Shown in pieces: positions 27,232 through 36,837 of a stretch of 64,000 nt of DNA. The stretch comes from a virus (taxonomy: Duplodnaviria; Caudoviricetes): positions 1 through 64,000 of IMG/VR virus record IMGVR_UViG_2765235998_000001. One strand, written 5' to 3'. The notes under the pieces are model-generated. The model made no database searches, was not told the origin of the DNA, and saw nothing but the letters and a program-made list of their open reading frames with translations. A program made the position numbers and the translations under genes. Positions within the stretch are counted from its first letter, which is position 1. Each line of letters starts with the position of its first letter.

Positions 27232-27890
27232 AAACCCGCATAGCCCAGGCCGCCTTCGCCCTGACCCTCACCGCGGCCGCCGTCATCGCCGCCCCCCACC
27301 AGGCCCACGCCGCCACCGGCCCGGTCGTCTCCGGCACCGGCTGGAAGCTCCAGGCACCCCGCATCACCCACATCGACACGCAACCCCTGACGATCGCGTT
27401 CCACGACACAACCAGCCGCACCCGGCTCACCCCCTACGTGAAGAACGTCGCCGCGGAACTCACCTCGTACGGCATCCCGGTCACCGTCTCCAACCGCATC
27501 GTGCCCACCGCCGTCGGCAAGTGCCCGCCCAGACACACCATCAGCTACCGGTGGATCAGCAAGCCCAACCCCGACAGGCCCAACCAGTCCTTCACCGGCA
27601 CCTGCTCCCTCAAGGCCGCCACCTACAGCGCCTACGTCTACATCAACAGCGACTACTGGGCGCCCGGCCGCCGCTTCCACGAGTGGCAGCGCATGAACGT
27701 GATCTGGCACGAAAGCGGCCACGCCGTCGGACTCGCCCACCCGACCACGTGCCCCCGCGACAAGGCCGGCCTCCAGCCCCTCATGTGCGGCAACCCCTAC
27801 AAGGACCTCCGCGACCGCCGCTTCTCGTCGCAGGACGTGACCGGTCTGCGCCGCCTGGTCCTCAACCGCGCCTACTACCCGCCGGCATGA
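27228..27890 (+). CDS. Secreted metzincin zinc metalloprotease (matrixin-like)
   Basis: Signal peptide ending AHA; HESGHAVGLAH (HExxHxxGxxH); Met-turn PLM; D..GL..L. Confidence 0.85.
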   Translation: MKTRIAQAAFALTLTAAAVIAAPHQAHAATGPVVSGTGWKLQAPRITHIDTQPLTIAFHDTTSRTRLTPYVKNVAAELTSYGIPVTVSNRIVPTAVGKCPPRHTISYRWISKPNPDRPNQSFTGTCSLKAATYSAYVYINSDYWAPGRRFHEWQRMNVIWHESGHAVGLAHPTTCPRDKAGLQPLMCGNPYKDLRDRRFSSQDVTGLRRLVLNRAYYPPA

Positions 27891-28018
27891 CCTGGCCCGA
27901 CGCCATCGCCCTCGCCATCGGCGTCACCACCCTCTACCTCCTCACCCGACACCAGCACCGGAGCACCACCCACCAGCACGACACAACACCGCAGCAGCAG
28001 GACGGAGAACGACCATGA
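27887..28018 (+). CDS. Small membrane peptide
   Basis: ATGA overlaps at both ends. Confidence 0.45.
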   Translation: MTWPDAIALAIGVTTLYLLTRHQHRSTTHQHDTTPQQQDGERP

Positions 28019-28779
28019 GCAGGACACGCACCGCCGCCAAAACCGCCGACACCACCCCCAGCACCCCGGCGAAGAAGACGGCCGCCGCGCGCAAGACCAC
28101 CACGTCCGCCTCCCGTCCCGCCGCCCGCAAGCGCACCACCCGCAAGCCCGCCAACAACCGTCCCAAGCTGTCCCTGGTCAAGCCCCGCCCCGAACTCCCC
28201 ACCCGCGACCTGCCCTTCATGACCGACACCCAGGGCTACGCCACCCTCGCCGCCCTCATGGTCGGCATCACCACCGTCCACATCCGCGACTGGCGCGACC
28301 ACCGTGACGGCACCTGCACCCGGAAGCTTCGCGACGGCAGCACCCTCCACTACAACTTCGACACCCGCACTCTCACCTGGCAGGCCGTCTGCCGCATGGG
28401 CGCCGTCCACCAGTACCGGCTCGCCACCCGCTCCGGAGCCTGCGCCGCCCGCCTCCACGCCGACGCCTGCACCGAGCTCCACGCAGACCTCGCCACCATC
28501 CCTGCCCTCACCGCGGACGAACTCGCCGACCTCGGCCTCCTCCACACCCCCACCTGGGCGCAGAACGTCCCCGGCGACGACCCGATCACCGAGACCATCC
28601 CCGTCCCCATCCCAACCCCGGACCCGGAACCGCGCGTCCTGGCCGACACCCTCGCCCACTCCGACACCGGCACCGCCGAAACCCAGCCCATGTCCAAGGA
28701 CGCCATCGCCGAAGGCCTCGCCGCCCGCGCCGCAGCCGCCGACACCGAGACCGCGATGGAGCACCCCGACCATGCCTGA
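28015..28779 (+). CDS. Hypothetical protein with histone-like basic N-terminus
   Basis: AKKTAAARKTT.. Lys/Arg/Thr tail. Confidence 0.65.
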   Translation: MSRTRTAAKTADTTPSTPAKKTAAARKTTTSASRPAARKRTTRKPANNRPKLSLVKPRPELPTRDLPFMTDTQGYATLAALMVGITTVHIRDWRDHRDGTCTRKLRDGSTLHYNFDTRTLTWQAVCRMGAVHQYRLATRSGACAARLHADACTELHADLATIPALTADELADLGLLHTPTWAQNVPGDDPITETIPVPIPTPDPEPRVLADTLAHSDTGTAETQPMSKDAIAEGLAARAAAADTETAMEHPDHA

Positions 28780-28996
28780 GCACACGCCCGGGTACGTCGC
28801 CGCCCTCGCCGCCCAACTCCGCGGCGCCGAGGACGAACTCCAGGAACTCCGCGGCTTCAAGACCGCCGTCACCAACTTCCTCCGCAACCCCGCCATCGCC
28901 CTCGACATCCGCCAGAACCTCGCCCGAGACCTCAACCTCCAGAACCTCGCCCAAGCCCTCAACCTCCCCCAACCCGCCCCGGAGAAGACACCGTGA
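28772..28996 (+). CDS. Hypothetical protein
   Basis: Overlapping start; coiled coil. Confidence 0.55.
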   Translation: MPEHTPGYVAALAAQLRGAEDELQELRGFKTAVTNFLRNPAIALDIRQNLARDLNLQNLAQALNLPQPAPEKTP

Positions 28997-29364
28997 ACCG
29001 ATCCAAGGCCAAAGGCACCAGCGCCGAAACAGCCGTCGTCCGCTTCCTCCGCACCATCGGCTTCATACAAGCCGAACGCCGCACCCTCAACGGCATCCTC
29101 GACCGCGGCGACATCACCGGCATCCCCGGCGTCGTCATCGAGGTCAAGAACTGCGCCCGGCAGGAACTCGCCGCCTGGGTCGCCGAAGCCGAACGCGAAC
29201 GGGACAACGACCGAGCCAGCCTCGGCGTCGTCTGGCACAAGCGACGCGGCAAGACCGACCCCGCCGACTGGTTCGTCACCATGAGCGGCGCCCAGTTCGC
29301 CAGCCTCCTCCGCGAACAGCAGGGCCTGCCCGCACTGCCGGACACCGACGACGAAGCCGCGTGA
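28993..29364 (+). CDS. Holliday junction resolvase (PD-(D/E)xK, Hjc-like)
   Basis: SKAKGT.AE..V..FL, DRGDI.G, IEVKN. Confidence 0.82.
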   Translation: MNRSKAKGTSAETAVVRFLRTIGFIQAERRTLNGILDRGDITGIPGVVIEVKNCARQELAAWVAEAERERDNDRASLGVVWHKRRGKTDPADWFVTMSGAQFASLLREQQGLPALPDTDDEAA

Positions 29365-29413
29365 CAGACCACACCACCACCCCGCCCAAGCCGACCCTCC
29401 CCGGAGCCCCCGA

Positions 29414-29881
29414 ATGACCACCGCCACCCGCCACGCCATAACGGCTGCCGCGCCCGTAGACGACTGGGCCCGGTACGGATCCTGCCGCCAAACCGACCCC
29501 GAGATCTTCTTCCCGGTCGGCACATCCGGCCCCGCCCTGAAGCAGACCGAACAGGCCAAGGAGATCTGCACCCGGTGCCCGGTCCGCCAGGAATGTTTGT
29601 CGTGGGCGTTGGAGAGCGGCCAGGAGATCGGCGTGTGGGGCGGGTTGTCGGAGTGGGAGCGCGGCGAGTTGTCGGGGCGGGAGCGGCAGTACCGGACGTC
29701 GTCGGATGACCGGCCGGCCTGGCAGGTGATCGTGGATACGCGGCTTGACGAGTATCGGGAGTTGGAGGCGGCTGGGTTGTCGGCGTGGGAGATCGGTCAG
29801 CGGATGCGGACGAACGCGCACACCATCAACCGGGTCCGTGAGGCACTGGCGACGGAGAAGAAGCAGGCGGTGTCGGCATGA
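29414..29881 (+). CDS. whiB: WhiB-family transcription factor
   Basis: W...C...DPEIFFP, AK.IC..CPV...CL.WAL, GVWGGLSE.ER. Confidence 0.92.
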   Translation: MTTATRHAITAAAPVDDWARYGSCRQTDPEIFFPVGTSGPALKQTEQAKEICTRCPVRQECLSWALESGQEIGVWGGLSEWERGELSGRERQYRTSSDDRPAWQVIVDTRLDEYRELEAAGLSAWEIGQRMRTNAHTINRVREALATEKKQAVSA

Positions 29882-30690
29882 GCGCCCTGAGTGTGGAGCA
29901 GCGTGGCGACCTCATCGAGCGGATGCTTCCCGAAGCCGCGAACCTGGCCGTCCTGGTCCACGGCGACGGCGGCCCCGAGGACATCGCTGCGGTCCTGGAA
30001 CGGCTGGACGACACGGAGAAGAACGCCCTCATCGTCGTCCTGGCCGGGATGGTCGACCCGGACCAGTCCGTGGGCAAGGGCCTGTCCTGGACCGCGGTGA
30101 CGAAGAACGGTGCTCTGCCGATGCCGGCGTGGCTGGAGCAGAAGCCGCTGCGCGAGCACGCTCCGGAGGCTGCGGAGGAGCTGGAGGAGGACTTCGTGGA
30201 CTGGGCTGCCGTGGCCAAGTTCGTGAAGGGCTTCCGGGTGGAGATGACGGATGCGGACTTCCTGGCCGCTGTGCAGCGGTGCGTTGCTGCTGGGATGGCT
30301 TTGAGCGATGTGGATGAGCTGCGTCGTTGGCCGGCGAAGACCGCGGAGAACTGGGTGAACCGGCTGCGGAAGCGGTACCAGCGTGCGGGCCGGGAGTTCC
30401 CGAGTCTGGCTCCGCCGGTGACGGCTCGGGAGTTCACGGAGGAGGAGGTCATCGAGATCCGTACGCGGTCTGCGGGCGGTGCGACGGACCTGGAGATTGC
30501 GATGTCGTTCGACTGCAAGCGGGATCTGGTGGCGGCGATCTGCCGTGGGCGCCGGTATCCGCACTTTGGTGGGCCGGTGCGTGAGGGGCGGGGTGCGAGG
30601 GGGTTGCAGGCGTCGCGGGACTTCATGTGTGGGCATGGGTCTGGTTCGCAGTTGGGGGTGAAGCGGCATCGGTTGAGTACGGCGGCGTGA
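29878..30690 (+). CDS. Hypothetical protein with HTH motifs
   Basis: T.EEV.EIR....G....IA..F.....V..I..G..Y. Confidence 0.65.
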   Translation: MSALSVEQRGDLIERMLPEAANLAVLVHGDGGPEDIAAVLERLDDTEKNALIVVLAGMVDPDQSVGKGLSWTAVTKNGALPMPAWLEQKPLREHAPEAAEELEEDFVDWAAVAKFVKGFRVEMTDADFLAAVQRCVAAGMALSDVDELRRWPAKTAENWVNRLRKRYQRAGREFPSLAPPVTAREFTEEEVIEIRTRSAGGATDLEIAMSFDCKRDLVAAICRGRRYPHFGGPVREGRGARGLQASRDFMCGHGSGSQLGVKRHRLSTAA

Positions 30691-30705
30691 CGTCGCGCGC
30701 GCATC

Positions 30706-30737
30706 AAGGGGTCTGGCCTTCGGGTTGGGCCCCTTTT
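30706..30737 (+). terminator. Intrinsic terminator
   Basis: AAGGGGTCTGGCC-TTCG-GGTTGGGCCCCTTTT. Confidence 0.75.
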
Positions 30738-30756
30738 CGTATGCCGTGCCGCCGCA

Positions 30757-30788
30757 CCATTGCTATGCCATGGGATATGGGTTATGTT
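30757..30788 (+). promoter_or_regulatory. Promoter/operator copy 3
   Basis: CCATTGCTATGCCATGGGATATGGGTTATGTT. Confidence 0.8.
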
Positions 30789-30823
30789 GGCAGTACCGCA
30801 CCACACCACCCCCGGGGGAACCC

Positions 30824-31012
30824 ATGACCGAGCTGCGCCTACTCGACGCCGACGGCTACACCGTCCCGGGCAGCATCCGCACCACCACCCCGGACACCGA
30901 CGCCGCGGTCCGCGCCGACCTCAAGCAGCTCGCCGCCGAACACGCCGCCCAGTGGGCCGACTTCGGCTACCGGGCCGCCGACTACCGCGTTCTCAACGAC
31001 CCGCCCGCCTGA
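30824..31012 (+). CDS. Small hypothetical protein
   Basis: First gene after the promoter, RBS GGGGGA. Confidence 0.6.
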   Translation: MTELRLLDADGYTVPGSIRTTTPDTDAAVRADLKQLAAEHAAQWADFGYRAADYRVLNDPPA

Positions 31013-31027
31013 GTACTGGAGAACTGC

Positions 31028-31492
31028 ATGACCGACCAGCCGGCCGCCAAGAAGGCCACCATCACCCTCGACAACGCCAGTAGGGACCGCCAGTTCCCGG
31101 CCTACCAGCTCAGCATCAACGCCATGGACGGCGAGGACAGCGGCCACGGATACCGGCTGATGGGCCCCAAGTACCTGGGCCGCAGCAAGAACCTCCGCAC
31201 CGTCGAGCTGTCTCAGCGGGACGCCGACGAGATCCGGGCCATCCTCGACGAGGTCTTCCCCACCGAGGTCGTCGTGAGCTGCGCGGACGTGGAGTTGGAC
31301 AGCGGCGAGAACCTGCACGACCTCGGCGTCGGCAACTACCTGGAGCTGGACCGCCTGACGGCGGGCATGCAGCCGGGTACGTGGCGACTCATCGCATACG
31401 GGGACGACGAAACCGCGCGCTTGCGCCGCTTGTCGGACAAGGAGATCCGGGCTGCGCGGAACGCTGAGGCGTCTGCCCGCATGTACGAGTGA
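31028..31492 (+). CDS. Hypothetical protein
   Basis: 154 aa, GYRL.GPKY motif. Confidence 0.65.
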   Translation: MTDQPAAKKATITLDNASRDRQFPAYQLSINAMDGEDSGHGYRLMGPKYLGRSKNLRTVELSQRDADEIRAILDEVFPTEVVVSCADVELDSGENLHDLGVGNYLELDRLTAGMQPGTWRLIAYGDDETARLRRLSDKEIRAARNAEASARMYE

Positions 31493-31641
31493 CCACTCCC
31501 TGACCCCGGTCCCCTCGCCCCCCTTCGGGGACCGTCCGGCCGCGCACCCCCCTTGCGCGGCACCGCCGCCCGCCCCACACCCCCCTCGGGGCGGGCGGCG
31601 GACCACCCCACACCCGCACCAGCCGAAAGGCCAACCTCACC

Positions 31642-32502
31642 GTGACCGTGTACGCCCTCAAGCACCCCGACGGCCGCTGGCTCTACCACCTGCCCAAGCC
31701 CAAGGACTTCCCGTTCAACGTGACCGGCGTGTTCGCGGACGGGCAGCCCATGGGCAAGCTGCCGGGCGACTGGTGGGCAGTCTCCTTCGAGGCGAGCCGG
31801 CTGACCGTGACCGGGCAGCCGCGCCCCAAGACCCTCAGCTACACGCTGAAGGCCGCGGACGCCGAGTCGGTCCGCTACCCGGCCACCCTGACCGTCGACG
31901 CGTACAACGAGCGTCGCGAGGACGAAGAGAACCTGTGGGAGTTCTACAGCGCGGTCTGTGAGGACCAGCCGGCCGTGGAGCACGTCTACGACGGCCCCGT
32001 CATGGTCCTGGAGGGCCGGGAGCCCCCGACTCCCGAAGAACTGCCCTGGCAGGCCGACCTCCCGCACATGCTCGGGTCCCGCCCTGAGTACCTGCACCTG
32101 TTCCCCGGCCGCATCAACGGCTTCCGCGACCACGTCCAGCAGGCCATCAAGAAGATGCCGGGCGTGCAGTACTGCTTCGACAACTACCAGAACTACACGG
32201 GCCTCCACGTCACGGTAAGGGTGCCGTTTGAGAAGCCCCAAACGCGGTGGCAGGCAGACCTCAGCCGCCGCACCAGCAAGCCGCTGAAGACCGGCCGGAA
32301 CGTTGCCGTCCTCGTCACCAGGGAACTTCGCCTGCCTGTCCCGGCATCGATCTCCGCCCCGAACTACGAGATGGCCGTGGACGACTGGCACGAGCAGGCC
32401 GAGTTCTGGGTGTCCGTGGTCCGGAACGCCTCTGTGGCGGCCTGCAACGCCTGCGGGGGCACCGGGCACGTCCCGGACGGCGCCGAGCAGTACAGCCGCT
32501 GA
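31642..32502 (+). CDS. Hypothetical protein with C-terminal CxxCxGxG
   Basis: 286 aa; CNACGGTG. Confidence 0.7.
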   Translation: MTVYALKHPDGRWLYHLPKPKDFPFNVTGVFADGQPMGKLPGDWWAVSFEASRLTVTGQPRPKTLSYTLKAADAESVRYPATLTVDAYNERREDEENLWEFYSAVCEDQPAVEHVYDGPVMVLEGREPPTPEELPWQADLPHMLGSRPEYLHLFPGRINGFRDHVQQAIKKMPGVQYCFDNYQNYTGLHVTVRVPFEKPQTRWQADLSRRTSKPLKTGRNVAVLVTRELRLPVPASISAPNYEMAVDDWHEQAEFWVSVVRNASVAACNACGGTGHVPDGAEQYSR

Positions 32503-32596
32503 TGGCCGCCCTCCTGTTGTGGCCGTTGGCCGTTCTCGAGCTCGCCCCGCGCATCCTCGCCCGCCTGCACACCGCCCTCACCCCGAAGGACCGCCC

Positions 32597-33112
32597 ATGA
32601 CCGACACGACCCTGACCGCCCTGCATGCGGCGCGTCTGCACGCCGATGAGTCCTGGGCGCTGTTCGCCCTCCAGAAGGCAATACCCGCCGACACCAAGCC
32701 GGAGTGGCAGGAGACGGCTACGGACGGGGGTGTGGTGCTGTCCGGTCGGGTGACGGGCCGGCGGGCGGTGTGGGCGTTGGACCGGTTCGCCCGCGACTTC
32801 TACCTGAACCTGAAGAACCTAGGGGACGTACGCCCGCAGTTCGACATCACCCAGCCCGGGCGCACGGTGTTGGTGTGGCGGTATGGCGGGGTGTGGGTGG
32901 AGCTGTGGCACCCGGAGACGGCCGTGGACGCCCCGAAGGCCGCTGAGCCCGTACACGACGCTCCTGCGCCGCCTGTGACCGTCCAGGCCACCCCCGAACC
33001 CACGCCTGAGCCTGCGGCGCCTGTCCGCTCGCCTGTCCGCTCGCTCATCAGCCGCGCATCCGGCCGGCTCCCCTACACCCACACCCGACGCAAGGAGACC
33101 CCAGCAGCATGA
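32597..33112 (+). CDS. Hypothetical protein
   Basis: RBS AAGGA. Confidence 0.6.
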   Translation: MTDTTLTALHAARLHADESWALFALQKAIPADTKPEWQETATDGGVVLSGRVTGRRAVWALDRFARDFYLNLKNLGDVRPQFDITQPGRTVLVWRYGGVWVELWHPETAVDAPKAAEPVHDAPAPPVTVQATPEPTPEPAAPVRSPVRSLISRASGRLPYTHTRRKETPAA

Positions 33113-33513
33113 CCACCACACCCGAAACCGAGACCGACACCCGGATCGCTGAGACCCCGGAGCAGCTGCTCCACGACCTCGGCGAGCTCCACACCCGCAC
33201 CCTCGTATCCCCGCTCCCGAAGCACCCCGCCGCGATGGGCTGGCAAGCCACCACCGCATCGATGGCGGCCGGCTTCGCCCGCGCCCTCCACGCCCTGAAC
33301 GAGACCAGCCCGGCCAAGGCGCAGGAGATCACCACCTGGTTCCAGGGGCCGTTCGAGGAAGGCCCGGATCCGGAGGAGCACACCGACTGGCTCGAGCGGT
33401 ACGTGGCCCAGGGCCCGGAGCTGCTGGAGCAGTGGGTTGAGGACGGCCGCCGCATGGCCGCCGAATCCGCGAAGAACACCGACGCCTGGGAGAAGGAGCA
33501 CAAGACCGCATGA
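33109..33513 (+). CDS. Hypothetical protein
   Basis: ATGA coupling, RBS AAGGAG. Confidence 0.65.
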   Translation: MTTTPETETDTRIAETPEQLLHDLGELHTRTLVSPLPKHPAAMGWQATTASMAAGFARALHALNETSPAKAQEITTWFQGPFEEGPDPEEHTDWLERYVAQGPELLEQWVEDGRRMAAESAKNTDAWEKEHKTA

Positions 33514-34067
33514 GCATCTACCACCCGCCCGTCGCCGAACACGAGACCGTCGTGGCGGCCGCCCTGCACGTCGTCCAGGCCACGCACTACAGCCGGGCCG
33601 ACGACCCGCACGAGGACGCCTCCTACGAGTACGCCGTCGAGCAGCTCGCCCTCGCCGCCCGCGCACTCGCCGAGGCGGTGGAGCGCAAGCCGGCCGACGA
33701 ACAGCCCATCGGCTGGACCAAGGGACGCGAGGCCGAGCCGACGGTCGTGGCCATCTGCGGGTCCACCAAGTTCATGGCGGAGATGACCGAGGCCGACCTT
33801 CACGAGACTGCGGCCGGGAACATCGTCGTCAAGCCGGGCTGCAACATGAAGGAGGAGCACCCTCTGTGGGCGGATCCGCTCGAGGCGGAGCGTCTGAAGG
33901 GCCGCCTGGACCAGCTGCATCGGGCCAAGATTCGGCTCGCTGACGAGGTCCTGGTGGTGGGGGACTACATCGGGACGTCCACTACGTCGGAGATCCGGTA
34001 CGCGCGGTCTCTGGGGAAGCCGGTGCGGTTCACGCACCCGCAGGTAGACCCGGACGGTGGCCAGTGA
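33510..34067 (+). CDS. Protein with C-terminal nucleoside-deoxyribosyltransferase-like (Rossmannoid) domain
   Basis: VAICGS.KF ... H..KI..AD.VLVV..YIG.ST..EI.YA...GKPV. Confidence 0.7.
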   Translation: MSIYHPPVAEHETVVAAALHVVQATHYSRADDPHEDASYEYAVEQLALAARALAEAVERKPADEQPIGWTKGREAEPTVVAICGSTKFMAEMTEADLHETAAGNIVVKPGCNMKEEHPLWADPLEAERLKGRLDQLHRAKIRLADEVLVVGDYIGTSTTSEIRYARSLGKPVRFTHPQVDPDGGQ

Positions 34068-34633
34068 GCGTGATGGCCTTGATGCCGACCGACGCCGAGC
34101 TGGACGTGCGTGTGGAGCAGGAGGAGGACCTGGCGGGCGGGCTCGCGGCCGCGGTCCTGTCGGAGGACGGCGAGTACCGGTACCTGCTGACCCGGGTGTG
34201 GGACCGGAAGCGCAAGCCGATGGTCGTCGTGATGCTCAACCCGTCCACGGCGGACGCCTTCGTGGACGATCCGACGATACGGCGCCTGGCCGGCCCGAAC
34301 GGGTTCGCGCGGCGGCACCGTGCGGGCGGAATCGTCGTGGTCAATCTGTTCGCCGTCCGCTCTACGGACCCGCGCGCCCTGCTCCACCACGAGGATCCGG
34401 TCGGCCGGTACAACGACGCGTTCATCCGCCAGGCCACCGACATGGCCGGCACGGTGGTGTGCGCGTGGGGCGCCGCCGGAGTCCAAGACGGGCGCGGCCC
34501 GCAGGTCGTGAAGGCGCTCAAGGCCCGCAGGGTGCCGCTGGCGTGCCTGGGGATGACGTCCACCGGGCAGCCCCGGCATCCGCTGTATCTGCCGGGTGCT
34601 GCGGCCCTCGAGCCGTACGGGCTGGCGTCGTGA
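34064..34633 (+). CDS. DUF1643 domain protein
   Basis: YRYLLTR.W, MLNPSTAD...DDPTIRR, VNLFA.R.T.P, AWG, PRHPLY. Confidence 0.88.
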   Translation: MSVMALMPTDAELDVRVEQEEDLAGGLAAAVLSEDGEYRYLLTRVWDRKRKPMVVVMLNPSTADAFVDDPTIRRLAGPNGFARRHRAGGIVVVNLFAVRSTDPRALLHHEDPVGRYNDAFIRQATDMAGTVVCAWGAAGVQDGRGPQVVKALKARRVPLACLGMTSTGQPRHPLYLPGAAALEPYGLAS

Positions 34634-34965
34634 CCGCCCCGGTTCAGGTGGGCCCGTCGCCGCAGGGTGGCGGGCCCGATCCGTCTCCGGCTCTGAACCT
34701 CTTCCCGCAGCACCTCGAGCTGCTACGTCTCTCTGCCAATGGCCGCAGCACCCCAGAGATTGCTGAGGCGTTGTTCCTGTCCCGGCACACGGTCAACGAC
34801 TACTGGCGGGAGATCTACCGCCGGTTGGGGGCGAAGAACCGGGAGAACGCGGTGGCCATCGCTCTGGTGCGGGGTCTAGTGAGGCCGGATGAGGTGGAGT
34901 TGCGGGCGCCGCGCCGCCGTTACGAGTCGCCGAAGGCTGGGCTGACGCCTCGCCGAACGCCCTGA
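34630..34965 (+). CDS. Stand-alone LuxR/GerE HTH regulator
   Basis: L.L.ANG.S..EIA..LFLS..TV......IY.RLGA.NR..AV..A. Confidence 0.85.
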   Translation: MTAPVQVGPSPQGGGPDPSPALNLFPQHLELLRLSANGRSTPEIAEALFLSRHTVNDYWREIYRRLGAKNRENAVAIALVRGLVRPDEVELRAPRRRYESPKAGLTPRRTP

Positions 34966-35037
34966 GGTGCCACGTTTTCGCAGGTCGCACCCGTACGAGC
35001 CGGTAACCCCAGTCATGTCACGCCCCGGGAGGGCGCC

Positions 35038-35295
35038 ATGCCTCGCATTCCACCCCTGGTCGCCGACGCCCTCCTGGCCGGCGCCATAGCCCTGACCATC
35101 GCCGTCGTGTGGATCTACACGGTCGGCCCGATCAGTCCGGCCGCGGTCGTTATCTGCGCGGGCGCGGCCGTCATCGCCTCCCTCGCCGTGGAAGCCGCCG
35201 TCCGGGAGATACGCCGCCGCAGGAGGGCCCCGATCATCCGCCGCTGGACCACCACCCGCCACCGCAAACCCCGACTCCCTGGAGGAGCACCGTGA
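35038..35295 (+). CDS. Two-TM membrane protein
   Basis: Hydrophobic segments, RBS GGAGG. Confidence 0.6.
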   Translation: MPRIPPLVADALLAGAIALTIAVVWIYTVGPISPAAVVICAGAAVIASLAVEAAVREIRRRRRAPIIRRWTTTRHRKPRLPGGAP

Positions 35296-36017
35296 AGCAC
35301 CGAACCGAAACGACACCGCCACGCCTGACCGCGGACCAGCTCCGCCAGTTGATCGCCGCCGAAAAGGCGGGCGTCAGGCCGCCGTGCTTTCTGTGCGGGG
35401 AGCCCGTCCTGGACCAGAAGTTCCTGCTCGGCACCGAGGACGAGAACGACCGGCTGCTCGTCAACTCGCCGTGCTTGCACGCCATGGCCTACGGGGCGGA
35501 GCTCGCCGTGCAGGTCGAGGCCCAGATGCGGATGGAGGCAGCAACCGAAGCGACCGAGCCCGTGGATACGTGCCGGCCGGTCGTGGTCGACGGGGAGACG
35601 ATCCGCGTCCGCGGTACCGGCGAACTGTCCCCCGAGGGGCAGGAGGCGTTGGCTGCGCTGGTGCGCGTCGCGAAGACCACGTTCGAGGCGGAGGCCCCGG
35701 AGATGGTCGGGGAGTTGCAGAACCGACTGCGCCTGGCGCACCAGGCCCGCCGGGCGAAGGCGCACCAGCTGGACGAGATCCGCCGGGCTCTGTGTGATGC
35801 GGGGTTCATGGAGGACGACGACCCGTACAGCCACGCCGATTTGGCGGATGTGGTCCGGCAGGCGGGCGAGTTGGTGGGGCCGTTGCTGGCGGAGGTGAAG
35901 GCGGCCCGCAAGTTCGCGGCGGAGATGCGGGACTTCTGTTCCCCGCACGGCGTGTCCGTCGACTATGCGGACCAGCTCGAGGCCGCCATGGACCGGGCGA
36001 AGAGGAGGGCGGCGTGA
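35292..36017 (+). CDS. Hypothetical protein
   Basis: GTGA coupling, RBS GGAGGAG. Confidence 0.65.
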   Translation: MKHRTETTPPRLTADQLRQLIAAEKAGVRPPCFLCGEPVLDQKFLLGTEDENDRLLVNSPCLHAMAYGAELAVQVEAQMRMEAATEATEPVDTCRPVVVDGETIRVRGTGELSPEGQEALAALVRVAKTTFEAEAPEMVGELQNRLRLAHQARRAKAHQLDEIRRALCDAGFMEDDDPYSHADLADVVRQAGELVGPLLAEVKAARKFAAEMRDFCSPHGVSVDYADQLEAAMDRAKRRAA

Positions 36018-36442
36018 GCGAGACGGGCGAGCTGGACAAGACGCGCCGCTACCTGCGCCCCGTACGCGCCACGATCATCTCCGATGACCCGGCTGGCGTG
36101 CATCTGGCCGTGTACTCGTGGCTGGAGATGTTCGACGCATGGGTGACCGGCCCGGGGATCTGCGGGGAGTCGATGCAGCAGGGCCCCCTCCCCGAAGGTA
36201 CGGCGGTGACGTGCGCGTCGTGTCTGGCGTATCAGCCGAAGTACGAGCGGTATCTGGCGCCCGGCTACCGGCCCGGGGACGACGACCCCGAGGTGCTGCG
36301 GGCCAAGCTCGAGCGGATCCGTGCCGAGGTGCGCATGCTGTGCGACTGCTGCGGGGACAACCGGGAGCGCATGGGCCGCATCCGGGCCGAGCTGGGCCTG
36401 AGTACGGAGGGCTACGTCCGTGAGGCCGGTGAGGGCGAGTGA
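36014..36442 (+). CDS. Cys-rich hypothetical protein
   Basis: GTGA coupling. Confidence 0.65.
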   Translation: MSETGELDKTRRYLRPVRATIISDDPAGVHLAVYSWLEMFDAWVTGPGICGESMQQGPLPEGTAVTCASCLAYQPKYERYLAPGYRPGDDDPEVLRAKLERIRAEVRMLCDCCGDNRERMGRIRAELGLSTEGYVREAGEGE

Positions 36443-36837
36443 GCGTGTGGGGCACGATCTTCGACCTCGAGGACAATCCGCCGTACCGGTACGAGGGCTC
36501 GCACGTTCTGCCGTCCGTGGACGGACCGCGAGATCCCGGCTGCCCCGTGCAGCTGGCGGAAGTCCCGTCACACATCACCCGGGACGGGCGTGACGACCAG
36601 CCTGAGGATGGGGCGCCGTGGCCGTGGCTGCGGGCCTCTCTGGGCCGGGAGGACGCCGTGCTGGACCGGTCGCAGGTTCAGGGCCTGTGGGAGGCCATGG
36701 GCGCCTGGCTCGAGCAGACCAAGCCCCCACCACCCCCGGCCCGGCATGTCGGTGGCGGGGCGAACGCGGAGGACTGCCCGGGCTGCAAGGGCACCAACCC
36801 GCCGTACCCGTTCATCTGCCCCGGGGAGGACCGGTGA
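36439..36837 (+). CDS. Hypothetical protein with C-terminal Zn-finger
   Basis: Y.GSHVLP; NAEDCP.C...PYPFICPG. Confidence 0.65.
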   Translation: MSVWGTIFDLEDNPPYRYEGSHVLPSVDGPRDPGCPVQLAEVPSHITRDGRDDQPEDGAPWPWLRASLGREDAVLDRSQVQGLWEAMGAWLEQTKPPPPPARHVGGGANAEDCPGCKGTNPPYPFICPGEDR

